DNA of 64,000 bases from Acidobacteriota bacterium. GTDB taxonomy: Bacteria > Acidobacteriota > UBA6911 > RPQK01 > JAJDTT01. Where the stretch lies: positions 640,001 to 704,000 of the forward strand of contig OZ253580.1 of assembly GCA_965263035.1 (NCBI GenBank). The letters are read 5' to 3'. The notes below the pieces were generated by a model that was given only the letters and a program-made list of their open reading frames with translations, was not told the origin of the DNA and searched no databases. Of this stretch, positions 48,037 to 57,318 are shown piece by piece; positions within the stretch are counted from its first letter, which is position 1, and each line of letters begins with the position of its first letter. A program made the translations under genes and the position numbers.

Positions 48037-49251
48037 TCACTGGCCTTGGCCGGTTACCCGGACCTTGGAGCCCTCGTTCAACTGGCCGTGACCGGCCACC
48101 ACGAGCGGGTCGCCGGGGTCGACGCCCTCCAGGACTTCGACCTCCTGGTCCCGCTGATAGCCCAGGCGCACGGGACGCCGGTGGGCCACTCCATCCCGGA
48201 CCAGGAAGACGAAACTCTCGCCGTCCTGCTCCCGAAGCGCCCTTCTGGGGACGATGGTGGCCTGCTCCCGAGTGTCGGTGCGGATGTCCACCCGGACAAA
48301 GGCTCCCGGCTTGAAGAAGGAATCGGAGGAGACCAATTCGATGGTGACCTTGACCGTTCCGGTGGACTCGTCCACGACGGGGCTGATGCGGATCACCCGT
48401 CCCTGGCTCGACTCCGTCCCGCCGGCGTCGAGCGCGACCGCCGCCGCCTGTCCGGGACGCACCAGGCGGGCTTCCCGCTCGGCCACGTGGACGTCGGCAT
48501 ACAGGGGAGAAAAGGCGCCCAACCGGAACAACGCGTCCGATCCGCGGACCGTCTGGCCAAGCTCCACGGTCCGCCGGGTGAGGTGGCCGGAAAAGGGGGC
48601 ACGAAGCTCACTGCGGGAGATCTCCAACTGGACCTGCTCGATTTCGGTTTCCAGCTCGCTGACCCGGTGGGTGAACTCCCTCACCTCGGAAGCGGCGGCG
48701 CGCTCGTCGTGCTCCAATTCGGCGATCCGGTAGCGGAGCGTGGCCACCTCCTCCTCGCTGACCAGGTCATCGGCGTAGGCCCGCTCCTTCCGGTCCAACT
48801 CCAAGGCTGTGTTCTTGATCTGGACCTGGGCCTTCTGTCCCCGGATCCGGGCCTTCTCCAACTGGATTCGGGTCTGCGACACCTTCTCCTCGGTGAGCCG
48901 GCGGCGGATCACCAACTCCCGGTCGTCCAGGACACACAGAAGCTGTCCCTCTTGGACATAATCGCCCTCTTCGGCCGAAACGCTGCGCACGGTCCCTTCC
49001 GTCTGGGCCATGAGATCCACTTCACGAAGGGCCCTCAGGTTGGAGGTCGAGGTCAGGAACGAGGAGATGGAACCCTGACGCACTCGCTCCAACTGGACCG
49101 GGATCGCCCCTTCATCCGATTTTTCCTCTTGAGAGGCATCGGCGGACGGATTATTGGAGTCCTGGTCCAGGTAGGGATATCCAAAGTGCCAAGCGGCGGC
49201 GAGAATCGCGACAATAGCCAGGAAACCGTAGACCTTCACCCGGATTTTCAT
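48037..49251 (-). CDS. RND periplasmic adaptor (membrane fusion protein)
   Basis: N-terminal anchor, EEGDYVQEGQLL, LRAPFSG, ISPVVDESTGTVKV, FKPGAFV. Confidence 0.9.
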   Translation of the reverse strand: MKIRVKVYGFLAIVAILAAAWHFGYPYLDQDSNNPSADASQEEKSDEGAIPVQLERVRQGSISSFLTSTSNLRALREVDLMAQTEGTVRSVSAEEGDYVQEGQLLCVLDDRELVIRRRLTEEKVSQTRIQLEKARIRGQKAQVQIKNTALELDRKERAYADDLVSEEEVATLRYRIAELEHDERAAASEVREFTHRVSELETEIEQVQLEISRSELRAPFSGHLTRRTVELGQTVRGSDALFRLGAFSPLYADVHVAEREARLVRPGQAAAVALDAGGTESSQGRVIRISPVVDESTGTVKVTIELVSSDSFFKPGAFVRVDIRTDTREQATIVPRRALREQDGESFVFLVRDGVAHRRPVRLGYQRDQEVEVLEGVDPGDPLVVAGHGQLNEGSKVRVTGQGQ

Positions 49252-49447
49252 TGCGGACCACGAGAGGAGCCGCCGATAGCTGGTGAATTCCAAACCGGGG
49301 CGGCGCTTCGGGATTCAGAATACTATACGACACGCCGAGTCTGTTCGTTCCCTGGGAACCGGAATCCCAGGCCTCGCTCTTCCGGTTTCCTGACCCGAAG
49401 CGTCAGGTGGTACGATCGCTCCCATATTCCCCGATGAGGAGGCCTCC

Positions 49448-51091
49448 ATGAAGGATCCGTTTCACCGACCCGCCCTGGCGATAAACGTCCTGGTGCCGGC
49501 GGTCCTGATGCTGTTGGTTCCGGTCCGGGCGCACGAGAGCACCCGGGCCGCCTTTCTCAAGCGGCACAACGTCGCCGCCCTGGCGCGTCCCGTGGGAACC
49601 GGGGCCTTGGCCGGTCACGAGGTCTGCAAACTGAAGGTGGCCCTGACGGAGGAGGGATCCGGGGTCGAGCTCCCCGGGTTGATCCGGGTCACCCCCGAAG
49701 GCCGGGAGGAGGCGCTGGAGCTCCCGGGGCTCTTTCACCGGGCTCGAGGCTGGCACACGCTGCCTCCGTCCGCCGAGATTGCGGTGCCCCGGACCCGGCT
49801 CCGGATCGAGGCGCTGCATGGATTGGAGACGGAGAAGACGGAACGGTCCTGGGATCTGTCCGGGAAGAACCGGGCGGAGATCCAGTTGCCTCTTCGCCGC
49901 ATTTACGACCCGCGGGCCAAAGGGCTGAAGTCCGGCAATACCCATCTCCACCTCATGAACGTCACCTTCCGGGACGCCGAGCGCTACTTGCGCGAGGTCC
50001 CCCTGGGGGACGGCCTGGATCTCCTGTTCGTCTCCTACCTGCGGAGGATGCCGGACGAGGCGCGCTATACGACCAACGGGTTCACCCGAAGGGATCTGGA
50101 ACGGCTTTCCGGGGACGGGATCGTCCTGGGCTGGGGCGAAGAGCACCGCCACAACTTCGGCCGCGGAGAGCAGGGGTACGGCCACGTGATGCTCCTGAAT
50201 CTGCTCAAGCTGATTCGCCCGGTGAGCATCGGAGCCGGAATCATGGGTGCGGGCACCGATGGACGCCCCCTGCAGACCGGGATCGTGCAGGCCCGGGCGG
50301 ACGGCGGCACTGTCATCTGGTGTCACAATGCCAACGGTCTGGAGGACATCCCCAATTGGATGGCCGGTCAGGTGGACGCCCAGAACATCTTCGACGGCGG
50401 AGCGGAATCGGAGTACGACGAGACCTACTACCGCTACCTGAACCTGGGACTGAAGACGCCGTTCTCGACCGGGACCGACTGGTTCATGTACGACTTCGCC
50501 CGGGTCTACGTACCGCTTGAGGGACCGGTCACGGAGCCGGAATGGCTGAAGGTCCTCTCCCAGGGACGCTCCTACATCACCAACGGCCCCTTCCTGGAAT
50601 TGGATGCGGGGGGACGTCAGCCCGGCAGTACCGTCTCTCTGGCCGGGAAAGAGACGGTGCGGGTCCGGGGCCGGGGAGTGGGGCGCCTGGATTTCACGGC
50701 TCTGGAACTGATCGTCAATGGCCGCGTCGTCCATTCCGTATCGAGTCGGCCCTCGGGAGACCACTTCGTGGCCGACCTGGACTTTCCATTGGAGGTTTCC
50801 GAGCCCGGATGGGTGGCTCTACGAATCCCTCGCGAACTCCCCGACAACGAGCTGGCCCGTCCTCTTTTCGCCCACACCAGCCCCGTTTACCTCCAGCTGG
50901 AAGACCGGTCCGTCTTCCAGCCCGAGGTCGCCCGATCGCTGTTGTCGGAGATGGAGGAGAGCGTGGCGAAGATTCGCTCCCGGGCTTCGTTCTCCAGTGC
51001 CCGGGACCGGGAATCGGTGCTTCGAGTCTACCGGGAGGGCATCCGGATCCTGAACCGGCGGCTGGCGGATTTCAGAAACGTCCCCCACTGA
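49448..51091 (+). CDS. Secreted CehA/McbA-type PHP-like metallohydrolase
   Basis: Signal peptide; SGNTHLH, GEEHRH, YGHV, WCH, TGTD, GRSYITNGP, FAHTSPVY. Confidence 0.7.
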   Translation: MKDPFHRPALAINVLVPAVLMLLVPVRAHESTRAAFLKRHNVAALARPVGTGALAGHEVCKLKVALTEEGSGVELPGLIRVTPEGREEALELPGLFHRARGWHTLPPSAEIAVPRTRLRIEALHGLETEKTERSWDLSGKNRAEIQLPLRRIYDPRAKGLKSGNTHLHLMNVTFRDAERYLREVPLGDGLDLLFVSYLRRMPDEARYTTNGFTRRDLERLSGDGIVLGWGEEHRHNFGRGEQGYGHVMLLNLLKLIRPVSIGAGIMGAGTDGRPLQTGIVQARADGGTVIWCHNANGLEDIPNWMAGQVDAQNIFDGGAESEYDETYYRYLNLGLKTPFSTGTDWFMYDFARVYVPLEGPVTEPEWLKVLSQGRSYITNGPFLELDAGGRQPGSTVSLAGKETVRVRGRGVGRLDFTALELIVNGRVVHSVSSRPSGDHFVADLDFPLEVSEPGWVALRIPRELPDNELARPLFAHTSPVYLQLEDRSVFQPEVARSLLSEMEESVAKIRSRASFSSARDRESVLRVYREGIRILNRRLADFRNVPH

Positions 51092-51169
51092 GAGATCCGG
51101 CTCGAGCGTCGCGGTCCCGTCGAAGATCTCCCTCGCCGAGCACTCCCCAGAAAAATGTAGGGACGACTT

Positions 51170-51260
51170 GAAGGGGCGACTTCCAGCCGCCCCTTCCTCC
51201 CCCGTGCGCTCATTCCCCCAGGCTTCGTCCGGAGTTCGGCGGTTGGAAACCGCCGCTTCC
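51170..51260. repeat. Pair of REP-like hairpins
   Basis: GGGGCGACTTCCAGCCGCCCC and CGGCGGTTGGAAACCGCCG in an intergenic region. Confidence 0.55.
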
Positions 51261-51296
51261 CGCACCCGGTTTCCAGCTCCTCCCAAAGAGACGGTG

Positions 51297-51335
51297 TTTA
51301 CTATCAGTAGACAATTTTTCTCTATTGATAGTAAA
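51297..51335. promoter_or_regulatory. AT-rich dyad (14/15-bp arms, 9-bp spacer), candidate operator
   Basis: TTTACTATCAGTAGA-N9-TCTATTGATAGTAAA about 130 bp upstream of the TauE gene. Confidence 0.5.
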
Positions 51336-51464
51336 AACTTCGCCACGGACCCCAAAATGACCACACAGGAAGGGTGATTCACCTGGCGCCGAACTGCCTC
51401 TCCCGGTTGTCGGTTCGGGATCTTGAATTTGCGATTCGGAATTTTCGCCCTATGATGGTGCGTC

Positions 51465-52214
51465 GTGACCGATCCGTGGCTGTATCCCTTGCTGGTCCTG
51501 GCCGGTGTCGTCGCCGGCGCCTTGAACGTCATCGCCGGAGGAGGCTCCTTCCTGACGCTGCCGATTCTCATCTTCATGGGCCTTCCGGCCAGCGTTGCCA
51601 ACGGCACCAACCGGGTGGGGATCTTCTTCCAGAACGTGGGCGCCGTCTGGGGATTCCACCGCAACCGTCTGATGGACTGGAAGTCCATCCTCTGGGCGGC
51701 TCTTCCCGCCAGCCTGGGAGCCATCGCGGGCACCGTCCTCGCTCTTTCCATCGGAGATGCCACCTTTCGCCAGGTCCTGGCCTTCCTCATGATCGCCGTG
51801 ACCCTGTGGACCCTCTGGGACCCTCTTGCCAAGAAGGATCCATCGAGCCGTGCGGGGAGCGTTCGGCTGCCGTTTCTGGCATTCGGTTTCTTCCTGACCG
51901 GCGTCTACGGAGGGTTCGTCCAAGCCGGCGTCGGGTTCCTGGTGCTGGCCGCCACCACCCTGGCCGGTCTGGACCTGGTGCGTGGGAATGCGGTCAAGGT
52001 GTTGAGCATCCTGGCCTTCACCATCGTCTCTCTCGCCATTTTCGTCTCTCAGGGAAAGGTCCTGTGGCTCCCCGGCCTGGTCCTGGCCCTGGGCACCTTT
52101 CTGGGAGGACAGTTGGGCGTCCGGTTCACCGTCCTGAAGGGCCACGCCTGGGTCAAGCGGGTGGTGACGGTCACCATCATCGTCTTCGCGGTCAAGCTGT
52201 GGGTCGCCGGCTAG
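51465..52214 (+). CDS. TauE/SafE (TSUP) family transporter
   Basis: NVIAGGGSFLTLP, ANGTNR, GVYGGFVQAGVG. Confidence 0.85.
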   Translation: MTDPWLYPLLVLAGVVAGALNVIAGGGSFLTLPILIFMGLPASVANGTNRVGIFFQNVGAVWGFHRNRLMDWKSILWAALPASLGAIAGTVLALSIGDATFRQVLAFLMIAVTLWTLWDPLAKKDPSSRAGSVRLPFLAFGFFLTGVYGGFVQAGVGFLVLAATTLAGLDLVRGNAVKVLSILAFTIVSLAIFVSQGKVLWLPGLVLALGTFLGGQLGVRFTVLKGHAWVKRVVTVTIIVFAVKLWVAG

Positions 52215-52251
52215 CGTTCCCCGCGCAAACGATTTCCACGGAGGGCTTCGC

Positions 52252-53742
52252 TTGAAGAGGGTCGGTCTCGCCTCCCTGATGCACGAATCCAACACCTTCT
52301 ATCCGGTCCCCACCACCCGGGAGATGTTCCAGGACACCTGCCTGGTGTCGGGTCCGGAGGTCTTCTCCCACTGGGGTGAGGCCCATCACGAGCTCGGAGG
52401 CATGCTGGAGTCGTTGCCGGCTCTGGGACTGGAGACGGTCCCACTCGTCACCGCCACGGCCATGCCCTCGGGTCCCGTCGAGGAAGAAGCCTACGAGGGG
52501 ATTCTGGAGGAAATCCTGGACCGGATCTCGGGCCAGTCCCTGGACGGCCTGCTCCTGGCCCTGCACGGCGCCATGGTGGCGCAGCACGTCCGGGACGCCG
52601 ACGGCCGGACCGCTGCCAGGATCCGCCAGTTGGTGGGGCCGGATCTACCCATCGTCATGACGCTGGACCTTCACGCCAACGTCTCCCCGCTCATGATCGA
52701 GAGCGTCACCGCCGCCACCATCTATCGGACCTACCCCCATCTGGATCAGCGGGAACGGGGCCGGGAAGCGGCTCGGATCCTGGCGGAGACGATTGCAGGC
52801 AGGATTCGCCCGGTGCAGTCCCTGGTCAAACCTCCCCTCTGCATCAGCATTCTGGCCCAGGGGACCCACCAGGATCCCATGGCCGGCCTCTACCGGCGGA
52901 TGGAGGACCTGATCGAGCAGGACGGCGTCATATCGGCCAGCATCGCGCCCGGGTTCGCCTACGCCGACGTGGAGGAGATGGGCCCGGCGTTCCTGGTGGT
53001 GACCGACGGCGATCGGGATCTGGCCCGGAAGGAGGCATTGGGCCTGGCGCGCCGGGCCTGGGAACTTCGGGACCAACTGACCCTCCTGGGGACTCCCATC
53101 AGGGAGGCCGTCGCAGCAGCCATGGACACCGATGCAGGCCCCGTCACGCTGCTGGACGTGGGCGACAACGTGGGCGGCGGCAGCCCCGCCGACGGCACCC
53201 TCATCCTGCAGGAAGTGATTCGGACCGGGTCCGGTCCTGCCCTGGTGGTCCTGTTCGACCCGGCCGCCGTCCAGGCTTGCGTCGCCTCCGGAGTGGGAAC
53301 CGAAGTCTCGCTGCTAGTGGGCGGGAAGAGCGATGACCTGCACGGCCCGCCCATCCCCATTCGGGGCCGGGTCCGTTGCCTGCACGACGGCGCCTTCGTG
53401 GAGGATGAGCCCCGTCACGGCGGCGCCCGTTTCAACAACCAGGGGCTCACCGCACTGGTGGAGACGGACGCTGGTCACGCCATCGTTCTGACCTCGCTCA
53501 GGATGGCGCCCATGAGCCTGGAACAGGTCTTGAGCCTGGGCATCAAGCCGAAGTCGTACCGGATTCTGGTGGCCAAGGGGGCCATCGCTCCGGTGGCGGC
53601 CTACGAGCCGGTTTCCAGCCGGATGGTCTACGTGGACACGCCCGGCATCACCTCGGCCAATCCCGCTCACTTCGACTACCGGCATCGTCCCCGCCCCCTC
53701 TATCCATTCGAGCCGGAGACGGTCTGGGAAGCGTCCCAATGA
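52252..53742 (+). CDS. M81-family metallopeptidase (MlrC-like)
   Basis: HESNTF, LHGAM, LDLHAN, YRTYPHLD, DVGDNVGGG, RPRPLYPFE. Confidence 0.9.
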   Translation: MKRVGLASLMHESNTFYPVPTTREMFQDTCLVSGPEVFSHWGEAHHELGGMLESLPALGLETVPLVTATAMPSGPVEEEAYEGILEEILDRISGQSLDGLLLALHGAMVAQHVRDADGRTAARIRQLVGPDLPIVMTLDLHANVSPLMIESVTAATIYRTYPHLDQRERGREAARILAETIAGRIRPVQSLVKPPLCISILAQGTHQDPMAGLYRRMEDLIEQDGVISASIAPGFAYADVEEMGPAFLVVTDGDRDLARKEALGLARRAWELRDQLTLLGTPIREAVAAAMDTDAGPVTLLDVGDNVGGGSPADGTLILQEVIRTGSGPALVVLFDPAAVQACVASGVGTEVSLLVGGKSDDLHGPPIPIRGRVRCLHDGAFVEDEPRHGGARFNNQGLTALVETDAGHAIVLTSLRMAPMSLEQVLSLGIKPKSYRILVAKGAIAPVAAYEPVSSRMVYVDTPGITSANPAHFDYRHRPRPLYPFEPETVWEASQ

Positions 53743-53759
53743 TCAGCCCGGCGGCTTGA

Positions 53760-53919
53760 CAGTCCGTGGCGAAAGTCCCGCGAGCACCGAGACCGGTCCT
53801 GCGCCCGCCGGACCAGGCGCAACGGAGGGAGCATGCCGGGAGTATGTGAGCCGATAGCAACGCAGTCCGCGCACGATGCAGGGCCGGTCGAATGCCGTGA
53901 CGACTTTTGCCACGGGCTG
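53760..53919. mobile_element. 160-bp MITE (type B) with TTGA direct flanks
   Basis: TIR CAGTCCGTGGCGAAAGTC / GACTTTTGCCACGGGCTG (16/18); TTGA at 53756-53759 and 53920-53923. Confidence 0.75.
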
Positions 53920-54008
53920 TTGACTGCGAGGGGAAAACCGTCGTAGTAGACTGGCCCCGGGTCCGATTGGCCAGAACGGCCAACCGAAAACATTCAAGGA
54001 GAAGTGGA

Positions 54009-54938
54009 ATGCTGACAAGAGAGAACATGGATGGTCTTTACATCCTCGTGGTCACCCCCTTCGACGACAGGTTCCGTCTCGACACGGAAGGGTTTCGTTA
54101 CAACATCCGGAAGCTGGTCCGGATGGGAGTGGACGGGATCATCACCACCGGGACCAACGGCGAGTTCTTCGTCGTCAACGACGAGGAACTGCGCACCATC
54201 AGCCGGATCACGGTGGAGGAATGCCAGGGAACCCGGACCAAGGTGGTCGTGGGAGCCAGCGCCGTCAATACCGAGGTGTCGATTCGCCGCTCCCGCATCG
54301 CCATGGAGGAAGGCGCGGAGGGGGTCATGAACGTCGTCCCCTTCTACCAGACCCTGACCAAGGCGGAAGCCTACCAGTACTTCCAGGATCTTGCGGAAGC
54401 CTGCCCCGGCCTGGGCATCATCGTCTACAACAACCCCGGCACCACCAAGCTGCTGCTGAACGACTCGGACTTCGTGGAACTCCAGAAGATCCCCACCGTG
54501 GCCGGCGTGAAGATGATCGGCGCCGACATGAATCTCTATTTCAACTGCCTGAGGCGAACCGAAATCCCCCACTTCCCCCTGGAACAGCTCTGGAGCGTGA
54601 GCCACCTGGTGGGGGGCAACGGAGTCATGGCCAGCTTCGTCTACGCCTTCCCCGCCTTCATGCAACGATGGTGGAAGGCGATCCGCGGCGGGGACGTGGC
54701 CCAAGCCATGGCCTACCAGCACCAGAGCAACGAGATCTTGCAGGAAGCCATCATTCCCCTGGCGGGTGAGGGCTACAACGACACTTCTCTTACCAAGGCC
54801 ACGGTGAACGCCGCCGGCTTCTTCAAGGCGGGGCCGCCCCGTCCTCCATCGGAAGCGGCGCCGGCCGAGAGGATCGAGCGGCTCCGGGCCACATTGGAGG
54901 AAAAGTTCGCCCACTTTCTGGAGGACGAGATCGGCTGA
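54009..54938 (+). CDS. Dihydrodipicolinate synthase (DapA-like) family aldolase
   Basis: VTPF, GTNGEF, VYNNP, GVK Schiff-base lysine; AGGAG RBS. Confidence 0.85.
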   Translation: MLTRENMDGLYILVVTPFDDRFRLDTEGFRYNIRKLVRMGVDGIITTGTNGEFFVVNDEELRTISRITVEECQGTRTKVVVGASAVNTEVSIRRSRIAMEEGAEGVMNVVPFYQTLTKAEAYQYFQDLAEACPGLGIIVYNNPGTTKLLLNDSDFVELQKIPTVAGVKMIGADMNLYFNCLRRTEIPHFPLEQLWSVSHLVGGNGVMASFVYAFPAFMQRWWKAIRGGDVAQAMAYQHQSNEILQEAIIPLAGEGYNDTSLTKATVNAAGFFKAGPPRPPSEAAPAERIERLRATLEEKFAHFLEDEIG

Positions 54939-54978
54939 TTGCGGCCGGCGGGCGTCCGCCAACGGAATTGAGGAGACC

Positions 54979-55872
54979 ATGAATTCACTTCGAGGAACGC
55001 TTCAAGGCGTGGTGACTGCGCTGGGGACACCCCTGGATCGGAACGAGGACCTCCATGAGGCGGGCATGAGGAAGCAGATCCGGATGCAGGTGGCCGCCGG
55101 CGTGGACGGCCTTCTGGTCCTGGGTTCCATGGGCTGCATGCAGATGCTCAAGGATGAGGTCTTCGTGGAGGCCGTGGAGGTGACTATCGACGAGGTGAGG
55201 GGGGCCGTGCCCGTCATCGTGGGATGCGGCGACACCAGCACGGAACGCACCCTGGCGCGTATCCGGCTCGCGGAGAACTATCCCCTGTCCGGGGTGGCTC
55301 TGATCCCCCCTTTCATCTTCCGCTTCAGTCAGACCGAGCTCCACGACTACTTCACCGGCGTGGCTTCCCAGACCAGCCTCCCGGTCTATCCGTACGACAA
55401 CCCGGGACTCACGGGCCATTCGCTGGAATTCGAACTGGTCCAGGAGTTGGCCCGGCACCCCAATATCGTGGGGTTGAAGGCGTCCGGAGACTTTCTCGCC
55501 TTTCGACGTTCCGCAGAACATTTCCGTGGGTCGGAATTCGCGGTCCTCTCCGGACACACCACCTTCTTCGACCTGGCTCTGAATTTGGGAGCCAAGGGAA
55601 TCATCGAGGGGCTCTTCGCACTGGCGCCCGAGTTTGGAGTCGAGATCTACCGAACTTTCCGGGAGGGAGACCGGGAAGGGTCCGCGGCAGCCCAGAGGAA
55701 GCTCCTGCGTTTGAGGGAGGTCGTGGCGTACGACTCGGTATTCGCCGGTTTCACCTCCGCCATGAACCTGAGGGGCGTCCCCGGAAACTTCACTCCCCGT
55801 CCCTTTGCTCAGCCGACGGAGCGGGGCCGCGAGCAGGTGGAGACGGTGTTGCGGGGGCTGGAGCTGGTTTAG
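54979..55872 (+). CDS. Dihydrodipicolinate synthase (DapA-like) family aldolase
   Basis: LGTP, LGSMG, PYDNP, HPNIVGLKAS. Confidence 0.85.
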   Translation: MNSLRGTLQGVVTALGTPLDRNEDLHEAGMRKQIRMQVAAGVDGLLVLGSMGCMQMLKDEVFVEAVEVTIDEVRGAVPVIVGCGDTSTERTLARIRLAENYPLSGVALIPPFIFRFSQTELHDYFTGVASQTSLPVYPYDNPGLTGHSLEFELVQELARHPNIVGLKASGDFLAFRRSAEHFRGSEFAVLSGHTTFFDLALNLGAKGIIEGLFALAPEFGVEIYRTFREGDREGSAAAQRKLLRLREVVAYDSVFAGFTSAMNLRGVPGNFTPRPFAQPTERGREQVETVLRGLELV

Positions 55873-56031
55873 GAGCCTGCGCCGCAGAAATTGATCTACT
55901 GCGAAAGCGGTAGAATCGGTCCATATTTCCCCGATTTCTCGGCGAATAGAACAACTATGCACCTCCAAATCGAGAAAATCTGGCCTCGATTCCCCACTTT
56001 CTCGCTACGATCATTTCTACCGCGCAGACTC
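55873..56031. mobile_element. 159-bp fold-back MITE (type C) between TTAG and CTAG
   Basis: Ends GAGCCTGCGCCGCAGAAAT / ATTTCTACCGCGCAGACTC; imperfect palindrome over its length centred on ATAG-AACAA-CTAT; abuts the TAG stop of the upstream gene. Confidence 0.7.
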
Positions 56032-56090
56032 CTAGCTCCTATCCGACGTCTTTCGCCGGGGCCATTGAACGCCCGGTTCGCCGCGGAAGT

Positions 56091-56852
56091 TCACCCCCGG
56101 ACGGCCGAGAGGAAGGCCGAGGCCTGGGCCCGGACCATGCCGGTGGCCTCTCCGAACGACAGGAAGTGAAATCCCCGTTCGATCCAGAAACGGCCCTGCT
56201 CCAGGCTTCCCACCACCATGCCGCAAGGTTTCCCGGCGGCTCGAGCCCCTTCGAGAACCCTCAGAATGGCATCGACCACCACCGGATGATCCCACTCACC
56301 GCAGTGCCCCAGATTGAGTGAGAGATCGTAGGGACCCAGCAGGACGGCATCGATCCAGTCGCGGTCGGCCAAGCGGGGGAGCGCCTCGATGCCTTGGGGA
56401 GTCTCCACCTGGAAACAGACGAAAAAGTCGTCCTCCACCTCCTGCCAGCCTTGCAGGTCCAGGCTGCGCGCACCCATCACGGACGGCCCCCCCGGTCCGC
56501 GGCGCCCCCGGGGCGGCACGTAGATGGCGCTCTTGACCGTTTCCAGTTGTTCCTCACTCTGGGTCCACGGAATCATGAATCCGGACGGGCCCATGTCCGC
56601 ATAGCGGCGCAGAAGGTGGTAGACGCTGTCCTCGGGACGCAGGATCAGGGGCAGGTCCAGCAGCCGGGCGGTGCGGCAAAGTTCCTCCGCCTTGGCCAGG
56701 TCGGCGGACCCATGTTCCATGTCCAGGAACACGAAGTCCATGCCCACCTGCTTGTAGATTTCCAGGTATCCGGCCCAGAAATCGAAGGTCATGAGGGTCC
56801 CCACCACCAATTCGCCCCGGGCCAGCTTCTGTTTCAGGGAAGCATTGACCAT
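56091..56852 (-). CDS. HpcH/HpaI aldolase family protein
   Basis: FLDMEHG, YVPPRGRRG, QVETPQG, LGPYDLS; start at ATG 56852. Confidence 0.88.
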   Translation of the reverse strand: MVNASLKQKLARGELVVGTLMTFDFWAGYLEIYKQVGMDFVFLDMEHGSADLAKAEELCRTARLLDLPLILRPEDSVYHLLRRYADMGPSGFMIPWTQSEEQLETVKSAIYVPPRGRRGPGGPSVMGARSLDLQGWQEVEDDFFVCFQVETPQGIEALPRLADRDWIDAVLLGPYDLSLNLGHCGEWDHPVVVDAILRVLEGARAAGKPCGMVVGSLEQGRFWIERGFHFLSFGEATGMVRAQASAFLSAVRG

Positions 56853-56853
56853 G

Positions 56854-57189
56854 TCAGGAATCCTTGTACTCTTCCCGAACCGGATAGAAGACCTCCAAGA
56901 CCTCCGAATCCGCCTGAACCTGGCAGCCATGGAACTTGTAGGGATCGAAGACGTAGGAATCGCCCCCTTCAGCCATGAAAGTGTCCGCTTCTTCCTTGCC
57001 CACAAACTTGAGGGACCCGCTGACCACGTATCCCACCTGGCTGGCCCGGTGATTGTGCAGGGGAATGGTAGCCCCTTGTGACATGGAAAAGTGGCAGAGC
57101 ATGACTTCCTCGTTATAGGCGAGCGTCTTGCGCAGAATCCCTGGAATGCTGTCGTTTCCCTGAACTTCACCCACCGAATTCTTCTTCAT
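56854..57189 (-). CDS. Cupin domain protein
   Basis: IPLHNH..SQVGYVVSG...GDSY...FHG...EVFYPVREEY; GGAGG RBS. Confidence 0.85.
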   Translation of the reverse strand: MKKNSVGEVQGNDSIPGILRKTLAYNEEVMLCHFSMSQGATIPLHNHRASQVGYVVSGSLKFVGKEEADTFMAEGGDSYVFDPYKFHGCQVQADSEVLEVFYPVREEYKDS

Positions 57190-57318
57190 GGATCCTCCCT
57201 TTTTCTCTTTCTGTGAGTGGTTTTTCCGACGACCCCCAAGTCGCACCCAGTCTACTACGGCCAGAGGGAGAGGCGATCCGAACCAGGTTCCAAGACCCCC
57301 GGCCAGCGGCATCGCGTG

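Noticed and set aside
56853-57170. Longer start for the HpcH aldolase
   Set aside because: Overlaps the cupin gene in another frame; the aldolase starts at 56852.
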